Shown here: positions 13,101 to 28,100 of the stretch, piece after piece
Layout of the letters: every line of letters starts with the position of its first letter
Numbering within the stretch: the first letter of the stretch is position 1
Assembly (NCBI GenBank): GCA_964016885.1
Contig: OZ024742.1
Span: forward strand, 251,100,001 to 251,164,000
Direction: 5' to 3'
Source of the DNA: Eledone cirrhosa
Lineage: Eukaryota
Length of the DNA: 64,000 nt
Program-made: the position numbers and the translations under genes
The notes under the pieces: generated by a model
Told to the model about the DNA's origin: nothing
Seen by the model: only the letters and a program-made list of their open reading frames with translations
Database searches by the model: none

Positions 13101-16100
13101 GTGAGACAGTAGTAATTAGACAGAGAGGAGGTGTGGTGTGAGACAGTAGTAATTAGACAGAGAGGGAGGTGTGGTGTGAGACAGTAGTAATTAGACAGAG
13201 AGGGAGGTGTGGTGTGAGACAGTAGTAATTAGACAGAGAGGGAGGTGTGGTGTGAGACAGTAGTAATTAGACAGAGAGGGAGGTGTGGTGTGAGACAGTA
13301 GTAATTAGACAGAGAGGGAGGTGTGGTGTGAGACAGTAGTAATTAGGACAGAGAGGGAGGTGTGGTGTGAGACAGTAGTAATTAGAGAGAGAGGGAGGTG
13401 TGGTGTGAGACAGTAGTAATTAGACAGAGAGGGGAGGTGTGGTGTGAGACAGTAGTAATTTAGACAGAGAGGGAGGTGTGGTGTGAGACAGTAGTAATTA
13501 GACAGAGAGGAGGTGTGGTGTGAGACAGTAGTAATTAGACAGAGAGGGAGGTGTGGTGTGAGACAGTAGTAATTAGACAGAGAGGGGAGGTGTGGTGTGA
13601 GACAGTAGTAATTAGACAGAGAGGGAGGTGAGGTGTGAGACAGTAGTAATTAGACAGAGAGGGGAGGTGTGGTGTGAGACAGTAGTAATTAGACAGAGAG
13701 GGAGGTGTGGTGTGAGACAGTAGTAATTAGACAGAGAGGGAGGTGTGGTGTGAGACAGTAGTAATTAGACAGAGAGGGAGGTGTGGTGTGAGACAGTAGT
13801 AATTAGACAGAGAGGGAGGTGTGGTGTGAGACAGTAGTAATTAGCAGAGAGGGAGGTGTGGTGTGAGACAGTAGTAATTAGACAGAGAGGGAGGTGTGGT
13901 GTGAGACAGTAGTAATTAGACAGAGAGGGGGTGTGGTGTGAGACAGTAGTAATTAGACAGAGAGGGAGGTGTGGTGTGAGACAGTAGTAATTAGACAGAG
14001 AGGGGAGGTGTGGTGTGAGACAGTAGTAATTAGAGAGAGAGGGAGGTGTGGTGTGAGACAGTAGTAATTAGACAGAGAGGGAGGTGTGGTGTGAGACTAG
14101 TAATTAGACAGAGAGGNNNNNNNNNNNNNNNNNNNNNNNNNNNNNNNNNNNNNNNNNNNNNNNNNNNNNNNNNNNNNNNNNNNNNNNNNNNNNNNNNNNN
14201 NNNNNNNNNNNNNNNNNNNNNNNNNNNNNNNNNNNNNNNNNNNNNNNNNNNNNNNNNNNNNNNNNNNNNNNNNNNNNNNNNNNNNNNNNNNNNNNNNNNN
14301 NNNNNNNNNNNNNNNNGAGAGGGAGGTGTGGTGTGAGACAGTAGTAATTAGACAGAGAGGGAGGTGTGGTGTGAGACAGTAGTAATTAGACAGAGAGGGA
14401 GGTGTGGTGTGAGACAGTAGTAATTAGACAGAGAGGGAGGTGTGGTGTGAGACAGTAGTAATTAGACAGAGAGGGAGGTGTGGTGTGAGACAGTAGTAAT
14501 TAGACAGAGAGGGAGGTGTGGTGTGAGACAGTAGTAATTAGACAGAGAGGGAGGTGTGGTGTGAGACAGTAGTAATTAGAGAGAGAGGGAGGTGTGTGTG
14601 AGACAGTAGTAATTAGACAGAGAGGGAGGTGTGCTGTGACAGTAGTAATTAGACAGAGAGGGAGGTGAGGTGTGAGACAGTAGTAATTAGACAGAGAGGG
14701 AGGTGTGGTGTGAGACAGTAGTAATTAGACAGAGAGGGAGGTGTGGTGTGAGACAGTAGTAATTAGACAGAGAGGGAGGTATGGTGTGAGACAGTAGTAA
14801 TTAGACATAGAGGGAGGTGAGGTGAGACAGTAGTAATTAGACAGAGAGGGAGGTGAGGTGTGAGACAGTAGTAATTAGACATAGAGGGAGGTGTGGTGTG
14901 AGACAGTAGTAATTAGACAGAGAGGGAGGTGTGGTGTGAGACAGTAGTAATTAGAGAGAGAGGGAGGTGTGGTGTGAGACAGTAGTAATTAGACAGAGAG
15001 GGGGTGGTGGTGTGAGACAGTAGTAATTAGAGAGAGAGGGAGGTGTGGTGTGAGACAGTAGTAATTAGAGAGAGAGGGAGGTGTGGTGTGAGACAGTAGT
15101 AATTAGACAGAGAGGGGGGTGTGGTGTGAGACAGTAGTAATTAGAGAGAGAGGGAGGTGTGGTGTGAGACAGTAGTAATTAAACAGAGAGGGAGGTGTGG
15201 TGTGAGACAGTAGTAATTAGACAGAGAGGGAGGTGTGGTGTGAGACAGTAGTAATTAGAGAGAGAGGGAGGTGTGGTGTGAGACAGTAGTAATTAGACAG
15301 AGAGGGGGGTGTGGTGTGAGACAGTAGTAATTAGAGAGAGAGGGAGGTGTGGTGTGAGACAGTAGTAATTAGACAGAGAGGGAGGTGTGGTGTGAGACAG
15401 TAGTAATTAGACAGAGAGGGAGGTGTGGTGTGAGACAGTAGTAATTAGACAGAGAGGGAGGTGTGGTGTGAGACAGTAGTAATTAGAGAGAGAGGGAGGT
15501 GTGGTGTGAGACAGTAGTAATTAGACAGAGAGGGAGGTGTGGTGTGAGACAGTAGTAATTAGACAGAGAGGGAGGTGTGGTGTGAGACAGTAGTAATTAG
15601 AGAGAGAGGGAGGTGTGGTGTGAGACAGTAGTAATTAGACAGAGAGGGAGGTGAGGTGTGAGACAGTAGTAATTAGACAGAGAGGGGGGTGTGGTGTGAG
15701 ACAGTAGTAATTAGACAGAGAGGGAGGTGTGGTGTGAGACAGTAGTAATTAGACAGAGAGGGAGGTGTGGTGTGAGACAGTAGTAATTAGACAGAGAGGG
15801 GGGTGTGGTGTGAGACAGTAGTAGTTAGACAGAGAGGGAGGTGTGGTGTGAGACAGTAGTAATTAGACAGAGAGGGAGGTGTGGTGTGAGACAGTAGTAA
15901 TTAGAGAGAGAGGGAGGTGTGGTGTGAGACAGTAGTAATTAGACAGAGAGGGAGGTGTGGTGAGACAGTAGTATTTAGACAGAGAGGGAGGTGAGGTGTG
16001 AGACAGTAGTAATTAGACAGAGAGGGAGGTGTGGTGTGAGACAGTAGTAATTAGACAGAGAGGGAGGTGTGGTGTGAGACAGTAGTAATTAGACAGAGAG

Positions 16101-19100
16101 GGAGGTGTGGTGTGAGACAGTAGTAATTAGACATAGAGGGAGGTGAGGTGAGACAGTAGTAATTAGACAGAGAGGGAGGTGAGGTGTGAGACAGTAGTAA
16201 TTAGACATAGAGGGAGGTGTGGTGTGAGACAGTAGTAATTAGACAGAGAGGGAGGTGTGGTGTGAGACAGTAGTAATTAGAGAGAGAGGGAGGTGTGGTG
16301 TGAGACAGTAGTAATTAGACAGAGAGGGGGGTGTGGTGTGAGACAGTAGTAATTAGAGAGAGAGGGAGGTGTGGTGTGAGACAGTAGTAATTAGAGAGAG
16401 AGGGAGGTGTGGTGTGAGACAGTAGTAATTAGACAGAGAGGGGGGTGTGGTGTGAGACAGTAGTAATTAGAGAGAGAGGGAGGTGTGGTGTGAGACAGTA
16501 GTAATTAAACAGAGAGGGAGGTGTGGTGTGAGACAGTAGTAATTAGACAGAGAGGGAGGTGTGGTGTGAGACAGTAGTAATTAGAGAGAGAGGGAGGTGT
16601 GGTGTGAGACAGTAGTAATTAGACAGAGAGGGGGGTGTGGTGTGAGACAGTAGTAATTAGAGAGAGAGGGAGGTGTGGTGTGAGACAGTAGTAATTAGAC
16701 AGAGAGGGAGGTGTGGTGTGAGACAGTAGTAATTAGACAGAGAGGGAGGTGTGGTGTGAGACAGTAGTAATTAGACAGAGAGGGAGGTGTGGTGTGAGAC
16801 AGTAGTAATTAGAGAGAGAGGGAGGTGTGGTGTGAGACAGTAGTAATTAGACAGAGAGGGAGGTGTGGTGTGAGACAGTAGTAATTAGACAGAGAGGGAG
16901 GTGTGGTGTGAGACAGTAGTAATTAGAGAGAGAGGGAGGTGTGGTGTGAGACAGTAGTAATTAGACAGAGAGGGAGGTGTGGTGTGAGACAGTAGTAATT
17001 AGACAGAGAGGGAGGTGAGGTGTGAGACAGTAGTAATTAGACAGAGAGGGAGGTGTGGTGTGAGACAGTAGTAATTAGACAGAGAGGGAGGTGAGGTGTG
17101 AGACAGTAGTAATTAGACAGAGAGGGGGGTGTGGTCTGAGACAGTAGTAATTAGACAGAGAGGGAGGTGTGGTGTGAGACAGTAGTAATTAGACAGAGAG
17201 GGAGGTGTGGTGTGAGACAGTAGTAATTAGACAGAGAGGGAGGTGTGGTGAGACAGTAGTAATTAGACAGAGAGGGAGGTGAGGTGTGAGACAGTAGTAA
17301 TTAGACAGAGAGGGAGGTGTGGTGTGAGACAGTAGTAATTAGACAGAGAGGGAGGTGTGGTGTGAGACAGTAGTAATTAGACAGAGAGGGAGGTGTGGTG
17401 TGAGACAGTAGTAATTAGACAGAGAGGGAGGTGTGGTGTGAGACAGTAGTAATTAGACAGAGAGGGAGGTGTGGTGTGAGACAGTAGTAATTAGACAGAG
17501 AGGGAGGTGTGGTGTGAGACAGTAGTAATTAGACAGAGAGGGAGGTGTGGTGTGAGACAGTAGTAATTAGACAGAGAGGGGGGTGTGGTGTGAGACAGTA
17601 GTAATTAGACAGAGAGGGAGGTGTGGTGTGAGACAGTAGTAATTAGACAGAGAGGGAGGTGTGGTGTGAGACAGTAGTAATTAGAGAGAGAGGGAGGTGT
17701 GGTGTGAGACAGTAGTAATTAGACAGAGAGGGAGGTGTGGTGAGACAGTAGTATTTAGACAGAGAGGGAGGTGAGGTGTGAGACAGTAGTAATTAGACAG
17801 AGAGGGAGGTGTGGTGTGAGACAGTAGTAATTAGACAGAGAGGGAGGTGTGGTGTGAGACAGTAGTAATTAGACAGAGAGGGAGGTGTGGTGTGAGACAG
17901 TAGTAATTAGACATAGAGGGAGGTGAGGTGAGACAGTAGTAATTAGACAGAGAGGGAGGTGAGGTGTGAGACAGTAGTAATTAGACATAGAGGGAGGTGT
18001 GGTGTGAGACAGTAGTAATTAGACAGAGAGGGAGGTGTGGTGTGAGACAGTAGTAATTAGAGAGAGAGGGAGGTGTGGTGTGAGACAGTAGTAATTAGAC
18101 AGAGAGGGGGGTGTGGTGTGAGACAGTAGTAATTAGAGAGAGAGGGAGGTGTGGTGTGAGACAGTAGTAATTAGAGAGAGAGGGAGGTGTGGTGTGAGAC
18201 AGTAGTAATTAGACAGAGAGGGGGGTGTGGTGTGAGACAGTAGTAATTAGAGAGAGAGGGAGGTGTGGTGTGAGACAGTAGTAATTAGACAGAGAGGGAG
18301 GTGTGGTGTGAGACAGTAGTAATTAGACAGAGAGGGAGGTGTGGTGTGAGACAGTAGTAATTAGACAGAGAGGGAGGTGTGGTGTGAGACTAGTAATTAG
18401 ACAGAGAGGGAGGTGTGGTGTGAGACAGTAGTAATTAGAGAGAGAGGGAGGTGTGGTGTGAGACAGTAGTAATTAGACAGAGAGGGAGGTGTGGTGAGAC
18501 AGTAGTAATTAGACAGAGAGGGAGGTGAGGTGTGAGACAGTAGTAATTAGACAGAGAGGGAGGTGTGGTGTGAGACAGTAGTAATTAGACAGAGAGGGAG
18601 GTGAGGTGAGACAGTAGTAATTAGACAGAGAGGGAGGTGAGGTGTGAGACAGTAGTAATTAGACAGAGAGGGAGGTGTGGTGTGAGACAGTAGTAATTAG
18701 ACAGAGAGGGAGGTGTGGTGTGAGACAGTAGTAATTAGACATAGAGGGAGGTGAGGTGAGACAGTAGTAATTAGACAGAGAGGGAGGTGAAGTGTGAGAC
18801 AGTAGTAATTAGACAGAGAGGGAGGTGAGGTGTGAGACAGTAGTAATTAGACAGAGAGGGAGGTGAGGTGTGAGACAGTAGTAATTAGACAGAGAGGGAG
18901 GTGAGGTGTGAGACAGTAGTAATTAGACAGAGAGGGAGGTGTGGTGTGTGACAGTAGTAATTAGACAGAGAGGGAGGTGTGGTGTGAGACAGTAGTAATT
19001 AGACATAGAGGGAGGTGAGGTGAGACAGTAGTAATTAGACAGAGAGGGAGGTGTGGTGTGAGACAGTAGTAATTAGACAGAGAGGGAGGTGAGGTGAGAC

Positions 19101-22100
19101 AGTAGTAATTAGACAGAGAGGGAGGTGAGGTGTGAGACAGTAGTAATTAGACAGAGAGGGAGGTGAGGTGTGAGACAGTAGTAATTAGACAGAGAGGGAG
19201 GTGAGGTGTGAGACAGTAGTAATTAGACAGAGAGGGAGGTGAGGTGTGAGACAGTAGTAATTAGACAGAGAGGGAGGTGTGGTGTGAGACAGTAGTAATT
19301 AGAGAGAGAGGGAGGTGTGGTGTGAGACAGTAGTAATTAGACAGAGAGGGAGGTGTGGTGAGACAGTAGTAATTAGACAGAGAGGGAGGTGAGGTGTGAG
19401 ACAGTAGTAATTAGACAGAGAGGGAGGTGTGGTGTGAGACAGTAGTAATTAGACAGAGAGGGAGGTGTGGTGTGAGACAGTAGTAATTAGACAGAGAGGG
19501 AGGTGTGGTGTGAGACAGTAGTAATTAGAGAGAGAGGGAGGTGTGGTGTGAGACAGTAGTAATTAGACAGAGAGGGAGGTGTGGTGTGACAGTAGTAATT
19601 AGACAGAGAGGGAGGTGAGGTGTGAGACAGTAGTAATTAGACAGAGAGGGAGGTGTGGTGTGAGACAGTAGTAATTAGACAGAGAGGGAGGTGTGGTGTG
19701 AGACAGTAGTAATTAGACAGAGAGGGAGGTGTGGTGTGAGACAGTAGTAATTAGACATAGAGGGAGGTGAGGTGAGACAGTAGTAATTAGACAGAGAGGG
19801 AGGTGAGGTGTGAGACAGTAGTAATTAGACATAGAGGGAGGTGTGGTGTGAGACAGTAGTAATTAGACAGAGAGGGAGGTGTGGTGTGAGACAGTAGTAA
19901 TTAGAGAGAGAGGGAGGTGTGGTGTGAGACAGTAGTAATTAGACAGAGAGGGGGGTGTGGTGTGAGACAGTAGTAATAAGAGAGAGAGGGAGGTGTGGTA
20001 TGAGACAGTAGTAATTAGAGAGAGAGGGAGGTGTGGTGTGAGACAGTAGTAATTAGACAGAGAGGGGGGTGTGGTGTGAGACAGTAGTAATTAGAGAGAG
20101 AGGGAGGTGTGGTGTGAGACAGTAGTAATTAGACAGAGAGGGAGGTGTGGTGTGAGACAGTAGTAATTAGACAGAGAGGGAGGTGTGGTGTGAGACAGTA
20201 GTAATTAGAGAGAGAGGGAGGTGTGGTGTGAGACAGTAGTAATTAGACAGAGAGGGGGGTGTGGTGTGAGACAGTAGTAATTAGAGAGAGCGGGAGGTGT
20301 GGTGTGAGACAGTAGTAATTAGACAGAGAGGGAGGTGTGGTGTGAGACAGTAGTAATTAGACAGAGAGGGAGGTGTGGTGTGAGACAGTAGTAATTAGAC
20401 AGAGAGGGAGGTGTGGTGTGAGACAGTAGTAATTAGAGAGAGAGGGAGGTGTGGTGTGAGACAGTAGTAATTAGACAGAGAGGGAGGTGTGGTGTGAGAC
20501 AGTAGTAATTAGACAGAGAGGGAGGTGTGGTGTGAGACAGTAGTAATTAGAGAGAGAGGGAGGTGTGGTGTGAGACAGTAGTAATTAGACAGAGAGGGAG
20601 GTGTGGTGTGAGACAGTAGTAATTAGACAGAGAGGGAGGTGAGGTGTGAGACAGTAGTAATTAGACAGAGAGGGAGGTGTGGTGTGAGACAGTAGTAATT
20701 AGACAGAGAGGGAGGTGAGGTGTGAGACAGTAGTAATTAGACAGAGAGGGGGGTGTGGTGTGAGACAGTAGTAATTAGACAGAGAGGGAGGTGTGGTGTG
20801 AGACAGTAGTAATTAGACAGAGAGGGAGGTGTGGTGTGAGACAGTAGTAATTAGACAGAGAGGGAGGTGTGGTGTGAGACAGTAGTAATTAGACAGAGAG
20901 GGAGGTGTGGTGTGAAACAGTAGTAATTAGACAGAGAGGGAGGTGAGGTGTGAGACAGTAGTAATTAGACAGAGAGGGAGGTGAGGTGTGAGACAGTAGT
21001 AATTAGACAGAGAGGGAGGTGTGGTGTGAGACAGTAGTAATTAGAGAGAGAGGGAGGTGTGGTGTGAGACAGTAGTAATTAGACAGAGAGGGAGGTGTGG
21101 TGTGAGACAGTAGTAATTAGAGAGAGAGGGAGGTGTGGTGTGAGACAGTAGTAATTAGACAGAGAGGGAGGTGTGGTGTGAGACAGTAGTAATTAGACAG
21201 AGAGGGAGGTGTGGTGTGAGACAGTAGTAATTAGAGAGAGAGTGAGGTGTGGTGTGAGACAGTAGTAATTAGACAGAGAGGGAGGTGTGGTGTGAGACAG
21301 TAGTAATTAGACAGAGAGGGAGGTGTGGTGTGAGACAGTAGTAATTAGAGAGAGAGGGAGGTGTGGTGTGAGACAGTAGTAATTAGACAGAGAGGGAGGT
21401 GTGGTGTGAGACAGTAGTAATTAGACAGAGAGGGGGGTGTGGTGTGAGACAGGAGTAATTAGACAGAGAGGGAGGTGAGGTGTGAGACAGTAGTAATTAG
21501 ACAGAGAGGGAGGTGTGGTGTGAGACAGTAGTAATTAGACAGAGAGGGAGGTGTGGTGTGAGACAGTAGTAATTAGACAGAGAGGGAGGTGAGGTGTGAG
21601 ACAGTAGTAATTAGACAGAGAGGGAGGTGAGGTGTGAGACAGTAGTAATTAGACAGAGAGGGAGGTGTGGTGTGAGACAGTAGTAATTAGACAGAGAGGG
21701 AGGTGTGGTGTGAGACAGTAGTAATTAGACAGAGAGGGAGGTGTGGTGTGAGACAGTAGTAATTAGACAGAGAGGGAGGTGTGGTGTGAGACAGTAGTAA
21801 TTAGACAGAGAGGGAGGTGTGGTGTGAGACAGTAGTAATTAGACAGAGAGGGAGGTGTGGTGTGAGACAGTAGTAATTAGACAGAGAGGGAGGTGTGGTG
21901 TGAGACAGTAGTAATTAGACAGAGAGGGAGGTGTGGTGTGAGACAGTAGTAATTAGACAGAGAGGGAGGTGTGGTGTGAGACAGTAGTAATTAGACAGAG
22001 AGGGAGGTGTGGTGTGAGACAGTAGTAATTAGACAGAGAGGGAGGTGTGGTGTGAGACAGTAGTAATTAGACAGAGAGGGAGGTGTGGTGAGAGACAGTA

Positions 22101-25100
22101 GTAATTAGACAGAGAGGGAGGTGTGGTGTGAGACAGTAGTAATTAGACAGAGAGGGAGGTGTGGTGTGAGACAGTAGTAATTAGACAGAGAGGGAGGTGA
22201 GGTGTGAGACAGTAGTAATTAGACAGAGAGGGAGGTGAGGTGTGAGACAGTAGTAATTAGACAGAGAGGGAGGTGTGGTGTGAGACAGTAGTAATTAGAC
22301 AGAGAGGGAGGTGTGGTGTGAGACAGTAGTAATTAGACAGAGAGGGAGGTGTGGTGTGAGACAGTAGTAATTAGACAGAGAGGGAGGTGAGGTGTGAGAC
22401 AGTAGTAATTAGACAGAGAGGGAGGTGTGGTGTGAGACAGTAGTAATTAGACAGAGAGGGAGGTGAGGTGTAAGACAGTAGTAATTAGACAGAGAGGGAG
22501 GTGTGGTGTGAGACAGTAGTAATTAGACAGAGAGGGAGGTGAGGTGTGAGACAGTAGTAATTAGACAGAGAGGGAGGTGTGGTGTGAGACAGTAGTAATT
22601 AGACAGAGAGGGGTGTGTGGTATGAGACAGTAGTAATTAGACAGAGAGGGAGGTGTGGTGTGAGACAGTAGTAATTAGACAGAGAGGGAGGTGAGGTGTG
22701 AGACAGTAGTAATTAGACAGAGAGGGAGGTGTGGTGTGAGACAGTAGTAATTAGACAGAGAGGGGGGTGTGGTATGAGACAGTAGTAATTAGACAGAGAG
22801 GGGGTGTGGTATGAGACAGTAGTAATTAGACAGAGAGGGGGGTGTGGTGTGAGACAGTAGTAATTAGACATAGAGGGAGGTGAGGTGAGACAGTAGTAAT
22901 TAGACAGAGAGGGAGGTGTGGTGTGAGACAGTAGTAATTAGACAGAGAGGGAGGTGTGGTGTGAGACAGTAGTAATTAGACAGAGAGGGAGGTGTGGTGT
23001 GAGACAGTAGTAATTAGACAGAGAGGGAGGTGTGGTGTGAGACAGTAGTAATTAGACATAGAGGGAGGTGAGGTGAGACAGTAGTAATTAGACAGAGAGG
23101 GAGGTGTGGTGTGAGACAGTAGTAATTAGACAGAGAGGGAGGTGTGGTGTGAGACAGTAGTAATTAGACAGAGAGGGAGGTGTGGTGTGAGACAGTAGTA
23201 ATTAGACAGAGAGGGAGGTGTGGTGTGAGACAGTAGTAATTAGACAGAGAGGGAGGTGTGGTGTGAGACAGTAGTAATTAGACAGAGAGGGAGGTGTGGT
23301 GTGAGACAGTAGTAATTAGACAGAGAGGGAGGTGTGGTGTGAGACAGTAGTAATTAGACAGAGAGGGAGGTGTGGTGTGAGACAGTAGTAATTAGACAGA
23401 GAGGGAGGTGTGGTGTGAGACAGTAGTAATTAGACAGAGAGGGAGGTGTGGTGTGAGACAGTAGTAATTAGACAGAGAGGGAGGTGTGGTGTGAGACAGT
23501 AGTAATTAGACAGAGAGGGAGGTGTGGTGTGAGACAGTAGTAATTAGACAGAGAGGGAGGTGTGGTGTGAGACAGTAGTAATTAGACAGAGAGGGAGGTG
23601 TGGGTGAGACAGTAGTAATTAGACAGAGAGGGAGGTGTGGTGTGAGACAGTAGTAATTAGACAGAGAGGGAGGTGTGGTGTGAGACAGTAGTAATTAGAC
23701 AGAGAGGGAGGTGTGGTGAGACAGTAGTAATTAGACAGAGAGGGAGGTGTGGTGTGAGACAGTAGTAATTAGACAGAGAGGGAGGTGTGGTGTGAGACAG
23801 TAGTAATTAGACAGAGAGGGAGGTGAGGTGAGACAGTAGTAATTAGACAGAGAGGGAGGTGTGGTGTGAGACAGTAGTAATTAGACAGAGAGGGAGGTGT
23901 GGTGTGAGACAGTAGTAATTAGACAGAGAGGGAGGTGAGGTGTGAGACAGTAGTAATTAGACAGAGAGGGAGGTGTGGTGTGAGACAGGAGTAATTAGAC
24001 AGAGAGGGAGGTGAGGTGTGAGACAGTAGTAATTAGACAGAGAGGGAGGTGTGGTGTGAGACAGGAGTAATTAGACAGAGAGGGAGGTGAGGTGTGAGAC
24101 AGTAGTAATTAGACAGAGAGGGAGGTGTGGTGTGAGACAGGAGTAATTAGACAGAGAGGGAGGTGAGGTGTGAGACAGTAGTAATTAGACAGAGAGGGAG
24201 GTGTGGTGTGAGACAGGAGTAATTAGACAGAGAGGGAGTGAGGTGTGAGACAGTAGTAATTAGACAGAGAGGGAGGTGTGGTGTGAGACAGGAGTAATTA
24301 GACAGAGAGGGAGGTGAGGTGTGAGACAGTAGTAATTAGACAGAGAGGGAGGTGTGGTGTGAGACAGTAGTAATTAGACAGAGAGGGGAGGTGTGGTGTG
24401 AGACAGTAGTAATTAGACAGAGAGGGAGGTGTGGTGTGAGACAGTAGTAATTAGACAGAGAGGGAGGTGAGGTGAGACAGTAGTAATTAGACAGAGAGGG
24501 AGGTGTGGTGTGAGACAGTAGTAATTAGACAGAGAGGGAGGTGTGGTGTGAGACAGTAGTAATTAGACAGAGAGGGAGGTGTGGTGTGAGACAGTAGTAA
24601 TTAGACAGAGAGGGAGGTGAGGTGTGAGACAGTAGTAATTAGACAGAGAGGGAGGTGTGGTGTGAGACAGTAGTAATTAGACAGAGAGGGAGGTGTGGTG
24701 TGAGACAGTAGTAATTAGACAGAGAGGGAGGTGTGGTGTGAGACAGTAGTAATTAGACATAGAGGGAGGTGTGGGGTGAGACAGTAGTAATTAGACAGAG
24801 AGGGAGGTGTGGTGTGAGACAGTAGTAATTAGACAGAGAGGGAGGTGAGGTGTGAGACAGTAGTAATTAGACAGAGAGGGAGGTGTGGTGTGAGACAGTA
24901 GTAATTAGACAGAGAGGGAGGTGAGTGTGAGACAGTAGTAATTAGACAGAGAGGGAGGTGTGGTGTGAGACAGTAGTAATTAGACAGAGAGGGAGGTGAG
25001 GTGTGAGACAGTAGTAATTAGACAGAGAGGGAGGTGAGGTGTGAGACAGTAGTAATTAGACAGAGAGGGAGGTGTGGTGTGAGACAGTAGTAATTAGACA

Positions 25101-28100
25101 GAGAGGGAGGTGTGGTGTGAGACAGTAGTAATTAGACAGAGAGGGAGGTGTGGTGTGAGACAGTAGTAATTAGACAGAGAGGGAGGTGAGGTGTGAGACA
25201 GTAGTAATTAGACAGAGAGGGAGGTGTGGTGTGAGACAGTAGTAATTAGACAGAGAGGGAGGTGTGGTGTGAGACAGTAGTAATTAGACAGAGAGGGAGG
25301 TGTGGTGTGAGACAGTAGTAATTAGACAGAGAGGGAGGTGTGGTGTGAGACAGTAGTAATTAGACAGAGAGGGAGGTGTGGTGTGAGACAGTAGTAATTA
25401 GACAGAGAGGGGGTGTGGTATGAGACAGTAGTAATTAGACAGAGAGGGAGGTGTGGTGTGAGACAGTAGTAATTAGACAGAGAGGGAGGTGAGGTGTGAG
25501 ACAGTAGTAATTAGACAGAGAGGGAGGTGTGGTGTGAGACAGTAGTAATTAGACAGAGAGGGAGGTGTGGTGTGAGACAGTAGTAATTAGACAGAGAGGG
25601 AGGTGTGGTGTGAGACAGTAGTAATTAGACAGAGAGGGAGGTGTGGTGTGAGACAGTAGTAATTAGACATAGAGGGAGGTGAGGTGAGACAGTAGTAATT
25701 AGACAGAGAGGGAGGTGTGGTGTGAGACAGTAGTAATTAGACAGAGAGGGAGGTGTGGTGTGAGACAGTAGTAATTAGACAGAGAGGGAGGTGTGGTGTG
25801 AGACAGTAGTAATTAGACAGAGAGGGAGGTGTGGTGTGAGACAGTAGTAATTAGACAGAGAGGGAGGTGTGTGTGAGACAGTAGTAATTAGACAGAGAGG
25901 GAGGTGTGGTGTGAGACAGTAGTAATTAGACAGAGAGGGAGGTGTGGTGTGAGACAGTAGTAATTAGACAGAGAGGGAGGTGTGGTGTGAGACAGTAGTA
26001 ATTAGACAGAGAGGGAGGTGTGGTGTGAGACAGTAGTAATTAGACAGAGAGGGAGGTGTGGTGTGAGACAGTAGTAATTAGACAGAGAGGGAGGTGTGGT
26101 GTGAGACAGTAGTAATTAGACAGAGAGGGAGGTGTGGTGTGAGACAGTAGTAATTAGACAGAGAGGGAGGTGTGGTGTGAGACAGTAGTAATTAGACAGA
26201 GAGGGAGGTGTGGTGTGAGACAGTAGTAATTAGACAGAGAGGGAGGTGTGGTGTGAGACAGTAGTAATTAGACAGAGAGGGAGGTGTGGTGTGAGACAGT
26301 AGTAATTAGACAGAGAGGGAGGTGTGGTGTGAGACAGTAGTAATTAGACAGAGAGGGAGGTGTGGTGTGAGACAGTAGTAATTAGACAGAGAGGGAGGTG
26401 AGGTGAGACAGTAGTAATTAGACAGAGAGGGAGGTGTGGTGTGAGACAGTAGTAATTAGACAGAGAGGGAGGTGTGGTGTGAGACAGTAGTAATTAGACA
26501 GAGAGGGAGGTGAGGTGAGACAGTAGTAATTAGACAGAGAGGGAGGTGTGGTGTGAGACAGTAGTAATTAGACATAGAGGGAGGTGAGGGTGAGACAGTA
26601 GTAATTAGACAGAGAGGGAGGTGTGGTGTGAGACAGTAGTAATTAGACAGAGAGGGAGGTGTGGTGTGAGACAGTAGTAATTAGACAGAGAGGGAGGTGT
26701 GGTGTGAGACAGTAGTAATTAGACAGAGAGGGAGGTGTGGTGTGAGACAGTAGTAATTAGACATAGAGGGAGGTGTGGTGTGAGACAGTAGTAATTAGAC
26801 AGAGAGGGAGGTGTGGTGTGAGACAGTAGTAATTAGACAGAGAGGGAGGTGAGGTGAGACAGTAGTAATTAGACAGAGAGGGAGGTGTGGTGTGAGACAG
26901 TAGTAATTAGACAGAGAGGGAGGTGTGTGTGAGACAGTAGTAATTAGACAGAGAGTGAGGTGAGGTGTGAGACAGTAGTAATTAGACAGAGAGGGAGGTG
27001 TGGTGTGAGACAGGAGTAATTAGACAGAGAGGGAGGTGAGGTGTGAGACAGTAGTAATTAGACAGAGAGGGAGGTGTGGTGTGAGACAGGAGTAATTAGA
27101 CAGAGAGGGAGGTGAGGTGTGAGACAGTAGTAATTAGACAGAGAGGGAGGTGTGGTGTGAGACAGGAGTAATTAGACAGAGAGGGAGGTGAGGTGTGAGA
27201 CAGTAGTAATTAGACAGAGAGGGAGGTGTGGTGTGAGACAGGAGTAATTAGACAGAGAGGGAGGTGAGGTGTGAGACAGTAGTAATTAGACAGAGAGGGA
27301 GGTGTGGTGTGAGACAGTAGTAATTAGACAGAGAGGGAGGTGAGGTGTGAGACAGTAGTAATTAGACAGAGAGGGAGGTGTGGTGTGAGACAGTAGTAAT
27401 TAGACAGAGAGGGAGGTGTGGTGTGAGACAGTAGTAATTAGACAGAGAGGGAGGTGTGGTGTGAGACAGTAGTAATTAGACAGAGAGGGAGGTGTGGTGA
27501 GACAGTAGTAATTAGACAGAGAGGGAGGTGTGGTGTGAGACAGTAGTAATTAGACAGAGAGGGAGGTGTGGTGTGAGACAGTAGTAATTAGACAGAGAGG
27601 GAGGTGAGGTGTGAGACAGTAGTAATTAGACAGAGAGGGAGGTGAGGTGTGAGACAGTAGTAATTAGACAGAGAGGGAGGTGTGGTGTGAGACAGTAGTA
27701 ATTAGACAGAGAGGGAGGTGTGGTGTGAGACAGTAGTAATTAGACAGAGAGGGAGGTGTGGTGTGAGACAGTAGTAATTAGACAGAGAGGGAGGTGTGGT
27801 GTGAGACAGTAGTAATTAGACAGAGAGGGAGGTGTGGTGTGAGACAGTAGTAATTAGACAGAGAGGGAGGTGAGGTGTGAGACAGTAGTAATTAGACAGA
27901 GAGGGTGGTGTGGTGTGAGACAGTAGTAATTAGACAGAGAGGGAGGTGTGGTGAGACAGTAGTAATTAGACAGAGAGGGAGGTGTGGTGTGAGACAGTAG
28001 TAATTAGACAGAGAGGGAGGTGTGGTGTGAGACAGTAGTAATTAGACAGAGAGGGAGGTGTGGTGTGAGACAGTAGTAATTAGACAGAGAGGGAGGTGTG

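Noticed and set aside
8170-14336. ORFs inside the satellite (8170-8445, 11709-11906, 14046-14336)
   Set aside because: They arise from indel variants or N-runs in a 38-bp unit that normally contains stops.
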